Assembly (NCBI GenBank): GCA_964452355.1
Contig: CAYVKV010000003.1
Span: forward strand, 31,152-95,151
From: an uncultured Gammaproteobacteria bacterium
GTDB taxonomy: Bacteria > Patescibacteriota > Microgenomatia > UBA1406 > GWC2-37-13
Reading direction: 5' to 3'
Length of the DNA: 64,000 bases
Shown: one piece after another, positions 9,888-21,438 of the stretch
Layout of the letters: the number at the start of each line of letters is the position of its first letter
Numbering within the stretch: position 1 is the stretch's first letter
The notes under the pieces: model-generated
Seen by the model: the letters and a program-made list of their open reading frames with translations, nothing else
What the model was told of the DNA's origin: nothing
Databases searched by the model: none
Translations under genes and position numbers: made by a program

Positions 9888-11150
9888 ATGAAATTACCCG
9901 CAAAAAAAATCACCGACATACTCCTTTATGTATCAATTGGTATTTTTTTGTTTGGGTCAGGATATAAACTTGCCGAGTGGAAGATAAAAAATTCCTCTCG
10001 AGACCAGCTTACCTACACTGTATTCAATGCGCAAAACAATTTACCAAAAGGTACGAAGGCTGAAAATGTCGATTTTAGTCTTTTTTGGGACACTTGGGAA
10101 AAAGTAGAGCAAAAATATGTTGATCGGGGAAAGATTGATCCACAAAAAATGTTTTACGGATCAATAAAAGGTATGGTTGCGTCTGTCGAGGATCCCTATA
10201 CTTTTTTCCTCACTCCGGAAGAAAACAAACAGTCAAAGGCTGATCTTGGAGGAAAATTTGAGGGCATTGGGGCCCAGTTGGGTCTTAAAGAAAATCGTAT
10301 CGTCATAATCGCCCCCCTCAAAGATTCACCGGCTGAAAGTGCTGGCGTGCTGTCGGGTGACATTATCACCAAAGTTGATGGGGAATCAACAGAAAAATGG
10401 ACCCTTCTCCAAACCGTTTCAAAAATTCGCGGAGATAATGGAACGGAAGTAATATTGACAGTCGCTCGCGCAAGTGGTGAAAAAGACATTCCAATCATTC
10501 GTCAAGAAATCAAAGTTCCATCGGTAGAACTAACATATGAGAAAAAGAATGGAAAAACAGTTGCATATCTTCGACTCAGTCAATTTGGGGACTCGACAAA
10601 TAATGAATGGGAGACTGCTGCAACTGAAATTGCAGACAAGTGGAGTAACAAAGAAATCGCCGGACTCGTACTTGATGTACGCGGCAATCCGGGCGGATAT
10701 CTTGAAAGTTCGGTATTTATTGCATCGGAATTTTTGGAACAAGGAAAAATGGTAGTAAAACAAGAAACAACCAATTCAGATGACCGGGTATATTCGGTGA
10801 AAAGAAATGGATTACTGCTTGATATCCCCTTGACCGTACTGATAAATCAAGGATCGGCATCTGCATCAGAAATTCTTTCTGGAGCATTGCGAGATCACAA
10901 ACGTGCGACGCTTGTGGGACAAAAAAGCTTTGGAAAAGGATCTGTTCAGGAAGCGCTTGATCTTCAGGATGGGGCCGGACTGCATGTCACGATTGCAAAA
11001 TGGCTTTTGCCAAATGGCGAATGGATCAATGGAAAAGGAATAGAGCCGGAAGTTTTGGTAGAAAATGAGGTAAATGAAGAAAGTACCCTTACCAATGAAC
11101 AGGATGCTCAACTTCAGAAAGCCCTTGAACTGGTGATAAATGGCAAATAA
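9888..11150 (+). CDS. Carboxyl-terminal processing peptidase (S41 family) with PDZ domain
   Basis: N-terminal TM. GGKFEGIGAQLG, PDZ segment SPAESAGVLSGDIITKVDG, DVRGNPGGYL, GSASASEI and FGKGSVQ are S41 signatures. Confidence 0.88.
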   Translation: MKLPAKKITDILLYVSIGIFLFGSGYKLAEWKIKNSSRDQLTYTVFNAQNNLPKGTKAENVDFSLFWDTWEKVEQKYVDRGKIDPQKMFYGSIKGMVASVEDPYTFFLTPEENKQSKADLGGKFEGIGAQLGLKENRIVIIAPLKDSPAESAGVLSGDIITKVDGESTEKWTLLQTVSKIRGDNGTEVILTVARASGEKDIPIIRQEIKVPSVELTYEKKNGKTVAYLRLSQFGDSTNNEWETAATEIADKWSNKEIAGLVLDVRGNPGGYLESSVFIASEFLEQGKMVVKQETTNSDDRVYSVKRNGLLLDIPLTVLINQGSASASEILSGALRDHKRATLVGQKSFGKGSVQEALDLQDGAGLHVTIAKWLLPNGEWINGKGIEPEVLVENEVNEESTLTNEQDAQLQKALELVINGK

Positions 11151-12357
11151 AATAACGTCTATGCGTATGAAACTGGTGAAATTCATAAACATCAAAGTCA
11201 TAGTATTACTGGTCTCCGCACTCATACTTCTCCTTTCTATTTTTAAAGATACGAAAATCATTCAATCATCTCCGTTTGCAAGAATTTTTGATTTTGGCTC
11301 AAACATGAAAAGCGATCAAGAGCCTGCAGAAACATCAACAACAAAAATTGTATCTGAAGAATCTATCGTCATAGAAGTGGTGGAAAACACGCTTCCATCG
11401 GTGGTCACTATTGGCATATCAAAAAAAACACGGACCCAGGGTACGATCCAAATCGATCCAAGCAATCCCTTTGCGCCATTTAAATCCGTTGAAGGTGAGG
11501 AAAAAACAATTGAACAAAATATAGGAAGTGGATTTATTATTTCAAAAGATGGAATCATTATCACAAATAAGCATGTTGTCCGCGATACTCAAGCCGCATA
11601 TACCGTCATCACCAACGACCAGAAAGAGTACGATGTCACCAAAATCTATCGTGACCCCTTAAACGACCTATCAATACTCAAAATTGAGGCAACTGATCTG
11701 AAACCACTTCCTTTGGGAGATTCTTCAAAACTCAAACTTGGTCAGCTTGCAATAGCAATCGGAACCCCCCTTGGTGAGTTTCAAAACACGATCACAACCG
11801 GCATCGTATCGGGTCTTGGACGAGGAATTACCGCCGGATCACCCTATGAAGGTTTTGTTGAAGAACTCGACAATGTCATACAAACTGATGCGGCAATCAG
11901 CCCGGGAAACTCAGGCGGACCACTCCTAAACTCTTCAGGTCAGGTCATTGGCGTAAATACCGCCATAGCGGGAGAAGGTCAGAATATTGGATTTGCGATT
12001 CCGGTCAACGTGGTCAAAGAACTCATCGCAACATTTGAGTCACAAGGAGGAACATTCGAGCGTCCCTATATCGGCGTACGATACAAAATGATTGATCAGA
12101 AAACGGCGATTCTGAATGAAGTTGTTGAAGGTGCGTTTGTTGAAACCATTATCAAAGATTCTCCCGCTGACACCGCAGGACTCTTGGAACAGGATATAAT
12201 CACCCGAGTTGATGGCAAAAAACTCGATGGTGAAAATGATCAAAGTTTGGCAAAGATTATTCTCAATAAAAAAGTGGGCGACACCATGGATCTTGACGTC
12301 TGGCGAGATGGAAAAGTACTCAACATTACGATCATTCTTGAGGCATTTAGTGAGTAA
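11140..12357 (+). CDS. htrA: HtrA/DegP-family serine protease (S1C) with C-terminal PDZ
   Basis: N-terminal TM. GSGFIISKDGIIITNKHVV (His), DLSILK (Asp), GNSGGPLLN (Ser), and PDZ segment SPADTAGLLEQDIITRVDG. Overlaps the S41 gene by 11 nt. Confidence 0.85.
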   Translation: MANKITSMRMKLVKFINIKVIVLLVSALILLLSIFKDTKIIQSSPFARIFDFGSNMKSDQEPAETSTTKIVSEESIVIEVVENTLPSVVTIGISKKTRTQGTIQIDPSNPFAPFKSVEGEEKTIEQNIGSGFIISKDGIIITNKHVVRDTQAAYTVITNDQKEYDVTKIYRDPLNDLSILKIEATDLKPLPLGDSSKLKLGQLAIAIGTPLGEFQNTITTGIVSGLGRGITAGSPYEGFVEELDNVIQTDAAISPGNSGGPLLNSSGQVIGVNTAIAGEGQNIGFAIPVNVVKELIATFESQGGTFERPYIGVRYKMIDQKTAILNEVVEGAFVETIIKDSPADTAGLLEQDIITRVDGKKLDGENDQSLAKIILNKKVGDTMDLDVWRDGKVLNITIILEAFSE

Positions 12358-12393
12358 TCTGATATACTACGTATTAGTTAAGTAAAAATTGGT

Positions 12394-13638
12394 ATGCAAC
12401 AAAATAAGCTACAAACATTAAAGGGATTTCGTGATTTTTTGCCCGTTGAAAAACGGAAACGGGATTATGTGGCTAAAAAAATCAAAAAATCATTTGAGCT
12501 TTCCGGATTTGAACCGCTTGAGACGCCGACTCTTGAGTATGCAAAGCTTTTACTCGGAAAATATGGAGACGAAGCGGATAAAATGGTCTATACCTTTGAA
12601 GATCGCGGCAAACGAATGATTGGACTCCGCTATGACCAAACCGTACCAACGGCTCGATTTTTATCTCAATACAGCTCAACGCTTCCAAAATATTTTCGAA
12701 GATATCAAATGCAAAACGTATTTCGAGCCGAAAATACACAAAAAGGACGATATCGTGAGTTTGCCCAGTGCGACTGCGACATTTTTGGAACAAACTCCGT
12801 TATTGCTGATGCTGAAATACTTGCCGTATTTTATGCAACGTACCAAGCATTAGGGCTCACCATTTCTCTTCGAATAAATGATCGTCAAACCCTTATCAAT
12901 ACGCTCAAACCGTTTGAAACAAAGGCTGTTTCTGTTTTTTCAATTATTCAATCGATTGACAAACTTGATAAGTTGCAAAAAGTTGATGTCATGCGGGAGT
13001 TAGAAAAAAAAGGAATTGCGCAAGACAAAACACGGGCTATCATTGATGCCATTCTTTCAACAAAACCGACAGATAACCTCAATCAGATCATTGATTATGC
13101 GGAAAATCTTGGCGTCCCCAAGAAGCAAATCGTGTTCACGCCATCTTTGGCGCGAGGACTGGATTATTACACAGGACTCATTTTTGAAGGAGTTGTGCCG
13201 GAATACTCAGGCGGATCAATTGGCGGTGGCGGCAGATACGACAATTTGATCAATCAACTGGGTGGACCGGAAATATCTGCGGTAGGATTTGCCATTGGAT
13301 TTGATCGAACGATTGAAGCGCTTGATGAGCTTAAACTTCTTCCCGCATTTGATTCGACTGCACAGGTACTCGTCACTATATTTGACGAAGACCTTGCTCG
13401 AATTTCAGCTTCCGTTACAAAAACCCTTCGTACAGAAGGAATTCAAACAGAACTGTATCCGACATCAGCTGATACATTTAAAAAACAAATGAAGTATGCC
13501 GATGATAAAAATATTCCATTTGTTATAATATTGGGTCCTGATGAGGCAAAAGAGAATGTCGCAACACTCAAAGACATGAAAAAGGGGATTGAAGTAAAAG
13601 ATACCGTAGCAAATCTCATCAACATTATTAAGCGATAA
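12394..13638 (+). CDS. hisS: Histidine--tRNA ligase
   Basis: 414 aa. LKGFRDFLP, RYDQTVPTARF, YQMQNVFRAENTQKGRYREFAQCD and GGGGRYDNL are HisRS class II motifs. Confidence 0.93.
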   Translation: MQQNKLQTLKGFRDFLPVEKRKRDYVAKKIKKSFELSGFEPLETPTLEYAKLLLGKYGDEADKMVYTFEDRGKRMIGLRYDQTVPTARFLSQYSSTLPKYFRRYQMQNVFRAENTQKGRYREFAQCDCDIFGTNSVIADAEILAVFYATYQALGLTISLRINDRQTLINTLKPFETKAVSVFSIIQSIDKLDKLQKVDVMRELEKKGIAQDKTRAIIDAILSTKPTDNLNQIIDYAENLGVPKKQIVFTPSLARGLDYYTGLIFEGVVPEYSGGSIGGGGRYDNLINQLGGPEISAVGFAIGFDRTIEALDELKLLPAFDSTAQVLVTIFDEDLARISASVTKTLRTEGIQTELYPTSADTFKKQMKYADDKNIPFVIILGPDEAKENVATLKDMKKGIEVKDTVANLINIIKR

Positions 13639-13644
13639 TTTTAT

Positions 13645-14364
13645 ATGAATATAAATCCAAACATTGTGGTGGTAGAAGCTGCACAAGGCGCAGGAGGAGA
13701 TGAATCCAAAATCTGGGGAAAGGACCTGCTTGCGTCTTACGCGAAATTTGCGGATAAAAAAGGATTAAAAGTCCAACAACTTGAAGAGAGTATTTTCCGA
13801 TTTAATGGTCCGAATGCATTCAACTACTTTAAGAATGAAATTGGCGTCCATCGGGTACAAAGAATTCCAACGACTGAAAAACGGGGAAGAATACATACCT
13901 CAACGACGGTCATTATTGTCACCCCCCAAATCTTAGCAAGTGAGATCCAGATTAATAATGCGGATCTCGAATGGCAGTTCTTTCGCTCAAGTGGAGCAGG
14001 TGGACAGAATGTCAATAAGGTGTCATCTGCGGTGCGACTGACCCATAAGCCATCAGGAGTTGTGGTCACGGCAAGCCGAGAACGCACGCAACAAGCAAAT
14101 CGACAGATCGCTCAAGAACTTCTGGCAGGAAAATTGTATCAACTTGAAGAAGAGAAGAAAAAAGGACTTCAATTTTCTTACGTCAAGGATGTCGGTACGG
14201 GAGATCGAGCTGAAAAAATTCGTACCTACAACTACTCCCAAAGCAGGATTACCGACCATCGTATCAATAAAAGCTTTCATAATTTGGAGGATGTAATCGA
14301 GAATGGAAAATGGGATAAAGTCTTTGAAACAGTTCAAACAATGCTTAAAAGTAAATCTACGTGA
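13645..14364 (+). CDS. prfA: Peptide chain release factor 1-type protein lacking N-terminal domain 1
   Basis: 239 aa. GGQ loop [19 protein letters not shown] and a PxT-type tripeptide in [16 protein letters not shown]. The protein begins at the equivalent of the domain 2 start ([12 protein letters not shown]). Confidence 0.75.
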   Translation: MNINPNIVVVEAAQGAGGDESKIWGKDLLASYAKFADKKGLKVQQLEESIFRFNGPNAFNYFKNEIGVHRVQRIPTTEKRGRIHTSTTVIIVTPQILASEIQINNADLEWQFFRSSGAGGQNVNKVSSAVRLTHKPSGVVVTASRERTQQANRQIAQELLAGKLYQLEEEKKKGLQFSYVKDVGTGDRAEKIRTYNYSQSRITDHRINKSFHNLEDVIENGKWDKVFETVQTMLKSKST

Positions 14365-14389
14365 CAACCCGACAGTTAATTGTTATAAT
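14361..14389 (+). promoter_or_regulatory. Candidate sigma70-type promoter for rpmE (GTGACA-17 nt-TATAAT with TGn extension)
   Basis: GTGACA at 14361-14366, a 17-nt spacer, then TGTTATAAT at 14381-14389. The rpmE ATG lies 9 nt downstream (14399). Confidence 0.4.
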
Positions 14390-14398
14390 ACTTTTCTT

Positions 14399-14698
14399 AT
14401 GCAGGCAAAAATACATCCACAATTTCATGAAGACGCCATGGTCACCTGTTCTTGTGGAAGCACATTCACCACCGGCTCAACCAAAAAAAATATCATTGTA
14501 GAAGTATGCTCAAAATGCCATCCGTTTTATACCGGTGAGCAGAAATTTTTGGACACAAAAGGAACGGTTGATAAATTCTTACAGAAAGAAAAACAGGCAA
14601 AAGAATATAGAAAGACAGCAGCCTCGAAACGAGACAAAAAACAAAGTTCACAAAACAAAAAGACAAAATCTCTCCGAGAACTTCTGGGAGAAGTGTAA
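14399..14698 (+). CDS. rpmE: 50S ribosomal protein L31 (Zn-ribbon type A) with Lys-rich C-terminal extension
   Basis: MQAKIHPQF...CSCGS...[10 protein letters not shown] is the L31 signature. The internal ATG at 14399 is preferred over the track start 14303, which would overlap prfA. About 30 extra basic residues at the C-terminus. Confidence 0.9.
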   Translation: MQAKIHPQFHEDAMVTCSCGSTFTTGSTKKNIIVEVCSKCHPFYTGEQKFLDTKGTVDKFLQKEKQAKEYRKTAASKRDKKQSSQNKKTKSLRELLGEV

Positions 14699-14771
14699 TT
14701 GCAATAAAGCAAACCATATAGTAAACTGTTTACTCTTGTAATAAATAAACACTATTACGGGAATATTCACC

Positions 14772-14848
14772 AAAACCTGCGGTTTTCCCGATAGACATCG
14801 GGATAGAAAACCAAGTTCCTCAGGTTTGTTCGACAAAAATCGAACAAA
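14772..14848 (+). promoter_or_regulatory. Structured 5' leader upstream of rplJ-rplL (possible L10 autoregulatory leader)
   Basis: Three hairpins in the 160-nt rpmE-rplJ spacer. AAAACC-TGC-GGTTTT at 14772-14786; CCCGAT-AGAC-ATCGGG at 14787-14802; TTTGTTCGA-CAAAAA-TCGAACAAA at 14825-14848, ending 11 nt before the ATG. Confidence 0.35.
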
Positions 14849-14859
14849 GTGAAATAATC

Positions 14860-15399
14860 ATGCCAAACACACAAAAAAAAGACATTGTAGCTTCGGTCAC
14901 CGACTCCATCAAAAATGACGCGAACTTCGCCCTCGTAGAGTTTGATAACATTTCGCATATACAATTTGAGGCTATGCGCCGTGATTTGAAAAAAATCGGT
15001 GCAAAATTACAGGTTATCAAAAATACTCTCTTTGAAAAGGCGGTCAATCAACTTTCCCAAACAAATGATTCTTACAAAAAAATCAGAGAACAGAGTTTTC
15101 CTCTTCAAAATAAATCTGCACTTCTTACGTTTGCGGAAGATTGGATGAATGGACTGAAGAAGTATCAAGAGTTTTCAAAAGAAAATGAACATCTTCTCTT
15201 TAAACTGGGACTTATTGAAAAAGTACCATACAATCAAGAAGGATTGACAAAACTTTCCCTTCTTCCCAGTAAAGGAGAGCTTATTGCAAAGTTTATTGGC
15301 ATTATAAAAAATCCAATGGCACGAACTACTCGATCTTTGAAATCGCCATTGCAAAAATTAGTATACGTTTTGAGTCAACGATCTCAGCAAGCAAATTAA
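14860..15399 (+). CDS. rplJ: 50S ribosomal protein L10
   Basis: 179 aa. KKDIVASVTDSIKNDANFALVEFDNISHIQFEAMRRDLKKIGAKLQVIKNTL is the L10 pattern. Directly upstream of rplL. Confidence 0.9.
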   Translation: MPNTQKKDIVASVTDSIKNDANFALVEFDNISHIQFEAMRRDLKKIGAKLQVIKNTLFEKAVNQLSQTNDSYKKIREQSFPLQNKSALLTFAEDWMNGLKKYQEFSKENEHLLFKLGLIEKVPYNQEGLTKLSLLPSKGELIAKFIGIIKNPMARTTRSLKSPLQKLVYVLSQRSQQAN

Positions 15400-15437
15400 A
15401 TTACTCATTACATTTTTAAAGGGGGTGTCACACAAAT

Positions 15438-15860
15438 ATGGCAGACGAAGAAAATAAAACAGAAATAAAACTTGATGCAAAACTTCAAAAAATTGCAGAG
15501 CAAATCGAAAAGCTTACCGTTTTAGAGGTAGCTGATCTTGCAAAATATCTTGAAGAAAAATTTGGTGTATCTGCAATGCCAATGATGGCAGCAGGTGGAG
15601 TGGCAGGAGCAGCACCAGCAGCAGCCGCAGAACCAGCAGAAGAAAAAACAGCATTTAATGTTGTTATCACTGGCGCAGGGGAACAGAAACTTGCAGTCAT
15701 TAAAGCAGTACGAGAACTTCGACAAGATCTCGGACTCATGGATGCAAAGAAGTTGGTAGAAACACCACCACAAGAACTTATGACCGGCGTTAAAAAAGCA
15801 GAAGCTGAAGAAGCAAAAACAAAGCTTGAAGCAGCAGGTGCAACGGTTGAACTGAAATAA
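15438..15860 (+). CDS. rplL: 50S ribosomal protein L7/L12
   Basis: 140 aa. An Ala-rich hinge is followed by KLAVIKAVRELRQDLGLMDAKKLVE...KLEAAGATVELK. AAGGGGGTG Shine-Dalgarno-like element upstream. Confidence 0.95.
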   Translation: MADEENKTEIKLDAKLQKIAEQIEKLTVLEVADLAKYLEEKFGVSAMPMMAAGGVAGAAPAAAAEPAEEKTAFNVVITGAGEQKLAVIKAVRELRQDLGLMDAKKLVETPPQELMTGVKKAEAEEAKTKLEAAGATVELK

Positions 15861-15889
15861 TAACGAGTCATCATTTGATTCAAAAAAAA

Positions 15890-15920
15890 GAACCTTGTTC
15901 TCACACAAGGTTCTTTTTTT
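15890..15920 (+). terminator. Rho-independent terminator after rplL
   Basis: 9-bp stem GAACCTTGT/ACAAGGTTC (15890-15898 and 15905-15913), a 6-nt loop and a T7 tract at 15914-15920. An upstream A-run makes it potentially bidirectional. Confidence 0.75.
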
Positions 15921-15921
15921 A

Positions 15922-15930
15922 TGTTATAAT
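15922..15930 (+). promoter_or_regulatory. Candidate extended -10 promoter (TGTTATAAT) for gyrB
   Basis: Exact TGnTATAAT immediately after the rplL terminator, 34 nt upstream of the gyrB ATG. Confidence 0.35.
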
Positions 15931-15961
15931 CTTTTTTTAACTTCAATTTGTGCAGTAATAA

Positions 15962-17893
<1,932 letters not shown>

Positions 17894-17934
17894 TATGGTT
17901 AACAACACAAAGATTATTAATTAACTTAACTATT

Positions 17935-18447
17935 ATGAATCTAAAAAAACTAGGCACCGGAGAAAACCCACCAGAATTTATTAATGTTCTTATAGAAATT
18001 CCACAAGGATCACTGATCAAATATGAAATCGATAAGGAATCCGGTTTTATATTTGTTGATCGTTTTCATTATACGTCGATGCCGTATCCGTTCAATTATG
18101 GATTCATTCCCAATACGATGGCAGAGGATGGCGATCCAACGGACGTCATGGTAGTCTCATCTCAACCGATTGCTGTTGGCGTTGTGGTTCCGGTCCGCGT
18201 GATTGGAATGCTTGAAATGGAAGATGAGGCGGGAATTGACACGAAAGTCATTGCAGTACCAACCTCAAAAGTTGATCCATTTTATGCACATATTCAAGAT
18301 ATTTTGGATCTTGATGAACCAACGAGAAATAAGATCAAACACTTTTTTGATCATTACAAGGAGCTCGAACCAAATAAATGGGTGAAAACAAAAGAGTTTT
18401 TAGGAAAAGGGGAAGCGATGAAAAATATTGAAAAATCAATTACCTAA
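17935..18447 (+). CDS. ppa: Inorganic pyrophosphatase (family I)
   Basis: 170 aa. IEIPQGSLIKYEIDKESG, YPFNYGFIPNTMAEDGDPTDV and DEAGIDTKVIAVP are signatures. Confidence 0.93.
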   Translation: MNLKKLGTGENPPEFINVLIEIPQGSLIKYEIDKESGFIFVDRFHYTSMPYPFNYGFIPNTMAEDGDPTDVMVVSSQPIAVGVVVPVRVIGMLEMEDEAGIDTKVIAVPTSKVDPFYAHIQDILDLDEPTRNKIKHFFDHYKELEPNKWVKTKEFLGKGEAMKNIEKSIT

Positions 18448-18468
18448 TTATTCATTTAATACAAATAT

Positions 18469-18849
18469 ATGTCTCAATCAAATCAAAAGGCAGGATTTTG
18501 GGTACGTTTTGTTGCAGCACTTATTGACGGATTAATCTTAATGGCTGTTGGATTTTTGCTTGGGGGCCTTCTTAAGAATAATCAGCTTTTATCAACACTC
18601 ATTGGCGCATCATACTCAATATATTTTTGGGTTAAACAAGACGGTATGACGATTGGAAAAAAAGTAATGAAAATAAAAGTAGTTCGTGTCGATGGGAAGC
18701 CGATTGATTGGATGACTGCTGGACTTCGCTATGTCGGATATTTTGCATCTGCAATACCGCTTTTTGCCGGGTTTATCTGGGTTGCATTTGATAAAGATAG
18801 TCAAGGTTTCCATGACAAAATTGCAGGAACATATGTTGTAAAGGCCTAA
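18469..18849 (+). CDS. RDD family membrane protein
   Basis: 126 aa. FWVRFVAALIDGLIL..., TM helices, then GFHDKIAGTYVV, which is typical of the RDD domain. Confidence 0.7.
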   Translation: MSQSNQKAGFWVRFVAALIDGLILMAVGFLLGGLLKNNQLLSTLIGASYSIYFWVKQDGMTIGKKVMKIKVVRVDGKPIDWMTAGLRYVGYFASAIPLFAGFIWVAFDKDSQGFHDKIAGTYVVKA

Positions 18850-18877
18850 ATAATAATTTTCTTTTAATTGTAGACAC

Positions 18878-21433
18878 ATGACCACCATCCAAATCGCACC
18901 AATCTCTGAGGAAATGAAAAAAGCGTATCTTGATTACGCTATGTCAGTTATCGTGGCACGGGCACTTCCCGATGTTCGCGACGGATTGAAGCCTGTCCAT
19001 AGACGTATATTATTTGCAATGTACAAAATGGGTCTCACGGCAGGGGGACGGTTTTCAAAATCTGCAAAGGTTGTTGGAGAAGTGTTGGGAAAATACCATC
19101 CGCACGGTGATTCACCAGTGTACGATGCATTGGTACGGCTTGCACAAGACTTTTCAATGCGGTATCCATTGGTAAATGGTCAGGGAAACTTTGGATCGAT
19201 TGATGGCGATCCTCCCGCTGCAATGAGATACACCGAGGTCAAGATGACCAAGATCGCTGAGGAACTTCTGTATGATATTGAAAAAGATACCATTACAACT
19301 GTTGATAATTTTGACGGAACTCTTCAAGAACCAATGTATCTTCCGGCAAAACTGCCAAATATGCTTCTGATGGGTGCTGAAGGAATTGCGGTAGGAATGG
19401 CTACGAAAATTCCTCCGCACAATCTTACCGAAGTTGTCGATACGCTCATCACCATGATCGACAATGCAAAATTTCCAGAAATTCAATCAGACAAGACTCA
19501 AGATGCCACCACAGATCAAAAAGTGATTGATGTTTCTCCAGCAAAAAAAACTGTAACAATAAATGATGAACGCCCGGACACCGATCTGGTATTTGGTATT
19601 GATCTTGATCAAATTCTTGAGCACATCAAAGGACCGGATTTCCCAACTGCGGGAAGTATTTATGGGGCGGCAGATATTCGTCAAGCATACCAAACAGGGC
19701 GGGGAAAAATATTAATCAGAGCAAAAGTAAAGGATGAGGATTATGGAAAAGGAAAAACGGCAATTATTGTCAATGAGCTTCCATACCAAGTAAATAAGGC
19801 AAACTTAGTAAAGAAAATCGCACATCTGGTCGTGCATAAGAAAATTAATGGCATTTCAGATCTTCGAGATGAATCAGACAGAGACGGAATTCGCGTCGTT
19901 ATCGAACTCAAACGTGATGCCGTTTACAAGAAAGTAATAAATAATCTTTACAAACACACAGAGCTTCAGACTACATTTCCGGTAAATATGGTTGCACTTG
20001 TTGAGGGAGTTCCCCAAACCCTTTCCCTCAAGTCAATTCTTGAACTCTACATTCATCACCGCGTAAATATCATTCGAAAACGTACTGAATATGAACTTGC
20101 ACAAGCCAAGTATCGCGCACACATCTTGGAAGGATATCTTATCGCACTCGATAATATTGATGAAGTAATTAAAATAATTCGAAACTCCAAAGACGAACCA
20201 ATTGCTCGAGAACAATTAATGAAAAATTTTGGCCTTTCTGAAATTCAGTCGCAAGCAATTCTTGATATGCAACTGAAGCGACTTACCGGACTTGAACGAG
20301 CAAAAATTGAGGATGAGCTGGCAAAGTTAAGAAAATTAATTAGCTATTTGGAAGAGCTTTTGAGAGATGTATTCAAGATATTAAAAGTCATTAAAGATGA
20401 ACTCCTTGAATTAAAAAAGCAATTTGGTGATGCACGCCGCACAAAAGTATTTGTATCAAAACCGGGAGAAATCACTGACGATATGCTTATTGAAAACAAA
20501 GAAGTCATTGTCGTTCTGACCAAAGAAGGATATATAAAACAAGTACCCCGAGAGACATTTAAAGTACAGAAACGAGGAGGCAAGGGAGTTTCAGGAATGA
20601 CAACGAAAGAAAGTGATGATATTTTCTTCATCACGACCGCAATGGCACACGATTACATGCTCTTTTTCAGCAATCAAGGACGAGTATTCAAAACACGCGT
20701 CTGGGAAATTCCACTCGGCGCGCGTACATCAAAAGGGAAGGCAATCGTAAATCTCCTGACCCTTCATCCAAATGAAGTGATCACCTCCGTTCTGTCATTT
20801 AATGAAGAACTCTCTCAGAAAAAGGGAACGAACATTTTGATGGTCACAAAAAACGGATTAATCAAAAAAACAGAATTTAACAAATATGCAAATATTCGAA
20901 GTAACGGACTGATCGCAATCAACCTAAACAATGGAGATGAACTTCTTACTTCTTCTCTTACCGATGGGCACATGAATGTTATGATTATTAGTCGGGGTGG
21001 AAAAGCGATTCTCTTTAAGGAAAAAGAAATTAGAGAAACAGGGAGATCTTCACGAGGCGTTCGAGGAATCAGTTTGGGAGTAGGAGATACGGTAGTTGCC
21101 GCAGATTTCTTCACTGAAGAAGATCTTAAAAAAGCAATAATGGTGATCTTAGAAAAAGGAATTGGAAAACTCGTCAACTTAAAGAACTTCAATGATCAGC
21201 ATCGGGGAGGAAAGGGAGTTAAGATCGCACCAGCAGGCGAGAAAACGGGCAAGGTAGCATTTGCTCAAATTGTTGAACCGGAAGATTCTACTATTATTAT
21301 TACGAGTCAACAAGGTCAAGTGGTTAAAACCGAGATTAATAAAATTCCAAAGTATTCTCGAACCGCAAAAGGAGTTATATTAATGCGATTTTCAAAGTCA
21401 GGTGATAAAGTTGTAAGTGCGACATTTATCTAA
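18878..21433 (+). CDS. gyrA: DNA gyrase subunit A
   Basis: 851 aa. [54 protein letters not shown] and the active-site AMRYTE. C-terminal beta-pinwheel repeats. Confidence 0.97.
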   Translation: MTTIQIAPISEEMKKAYLDYAMSVIVARALPDVRDGLKPVHRRILFAMYKMGLTAGGRFSKSAKVVGEVLGKYHPHGDSPVYDALVRLAQDFSMRYPLVNGQGNFGSIDGDPPAAMRYTEVKMTKIAEELLYDIEKDTITTVDNFDGTLQEPMYLPAKLPNMLLMGAEGIAVGMATKIPPHNLTEVVDTLITMIDNAKFPEIQSDKTQDATTDQKVIDVSPAKKTVTINDERPDTDLVFGIDLDQILEHIKGPDFPTAGSIYGAADIRQAYQTGRGKILIRAKVKDEDYGKGKTAIIVNELPYQVNKANLVKKIAHLVVHKKINGISDLRDESDRDGIRVVIELKRDAVYKKVINNLYKHTELQTTFPVNMVALVEGVPQTLSLKSILELYIHHRVNIIRKRTEYELAQAKYRAHILEGYLIALDNIDEVIKIIRNSKDEPIAREQLMKNFGLSEIQSQAILDMQLKRLTGLERAKIEDELAKLRKLISYLEELLRDVFKILKVIKDELLELKKQFGDARRTKVFVSKPGEITDDMLIENKEVIVVLTKEGYIKQVPRETFKVQKRGGKGVSGMTTKESDDIFFITTAMAHDYMLFFSNQGRVFKTRVWEIPLGARTSKGKAIVNLLTLHPNEVITSVLSFNEELSQKKGTNILMVTKNGLIKKTEFNKYANIRSNGLIAINLNNGDELLTSSLTDGHMNVMIISRGGKAILFKEKEIRETGRSSRGVRGISLGVGDTVVAADFFTEEDLKKAIMVILEKGIGKLVNLKNFNDQHRGGKGVKIAPAGEKTGKVAFAQIVEPEDSTIIITSQQGQVVKTEINKIPKYSRTAKGVILMRFSKSGDKVVSATFI

Positions 21434-21438
21434 ACTCC

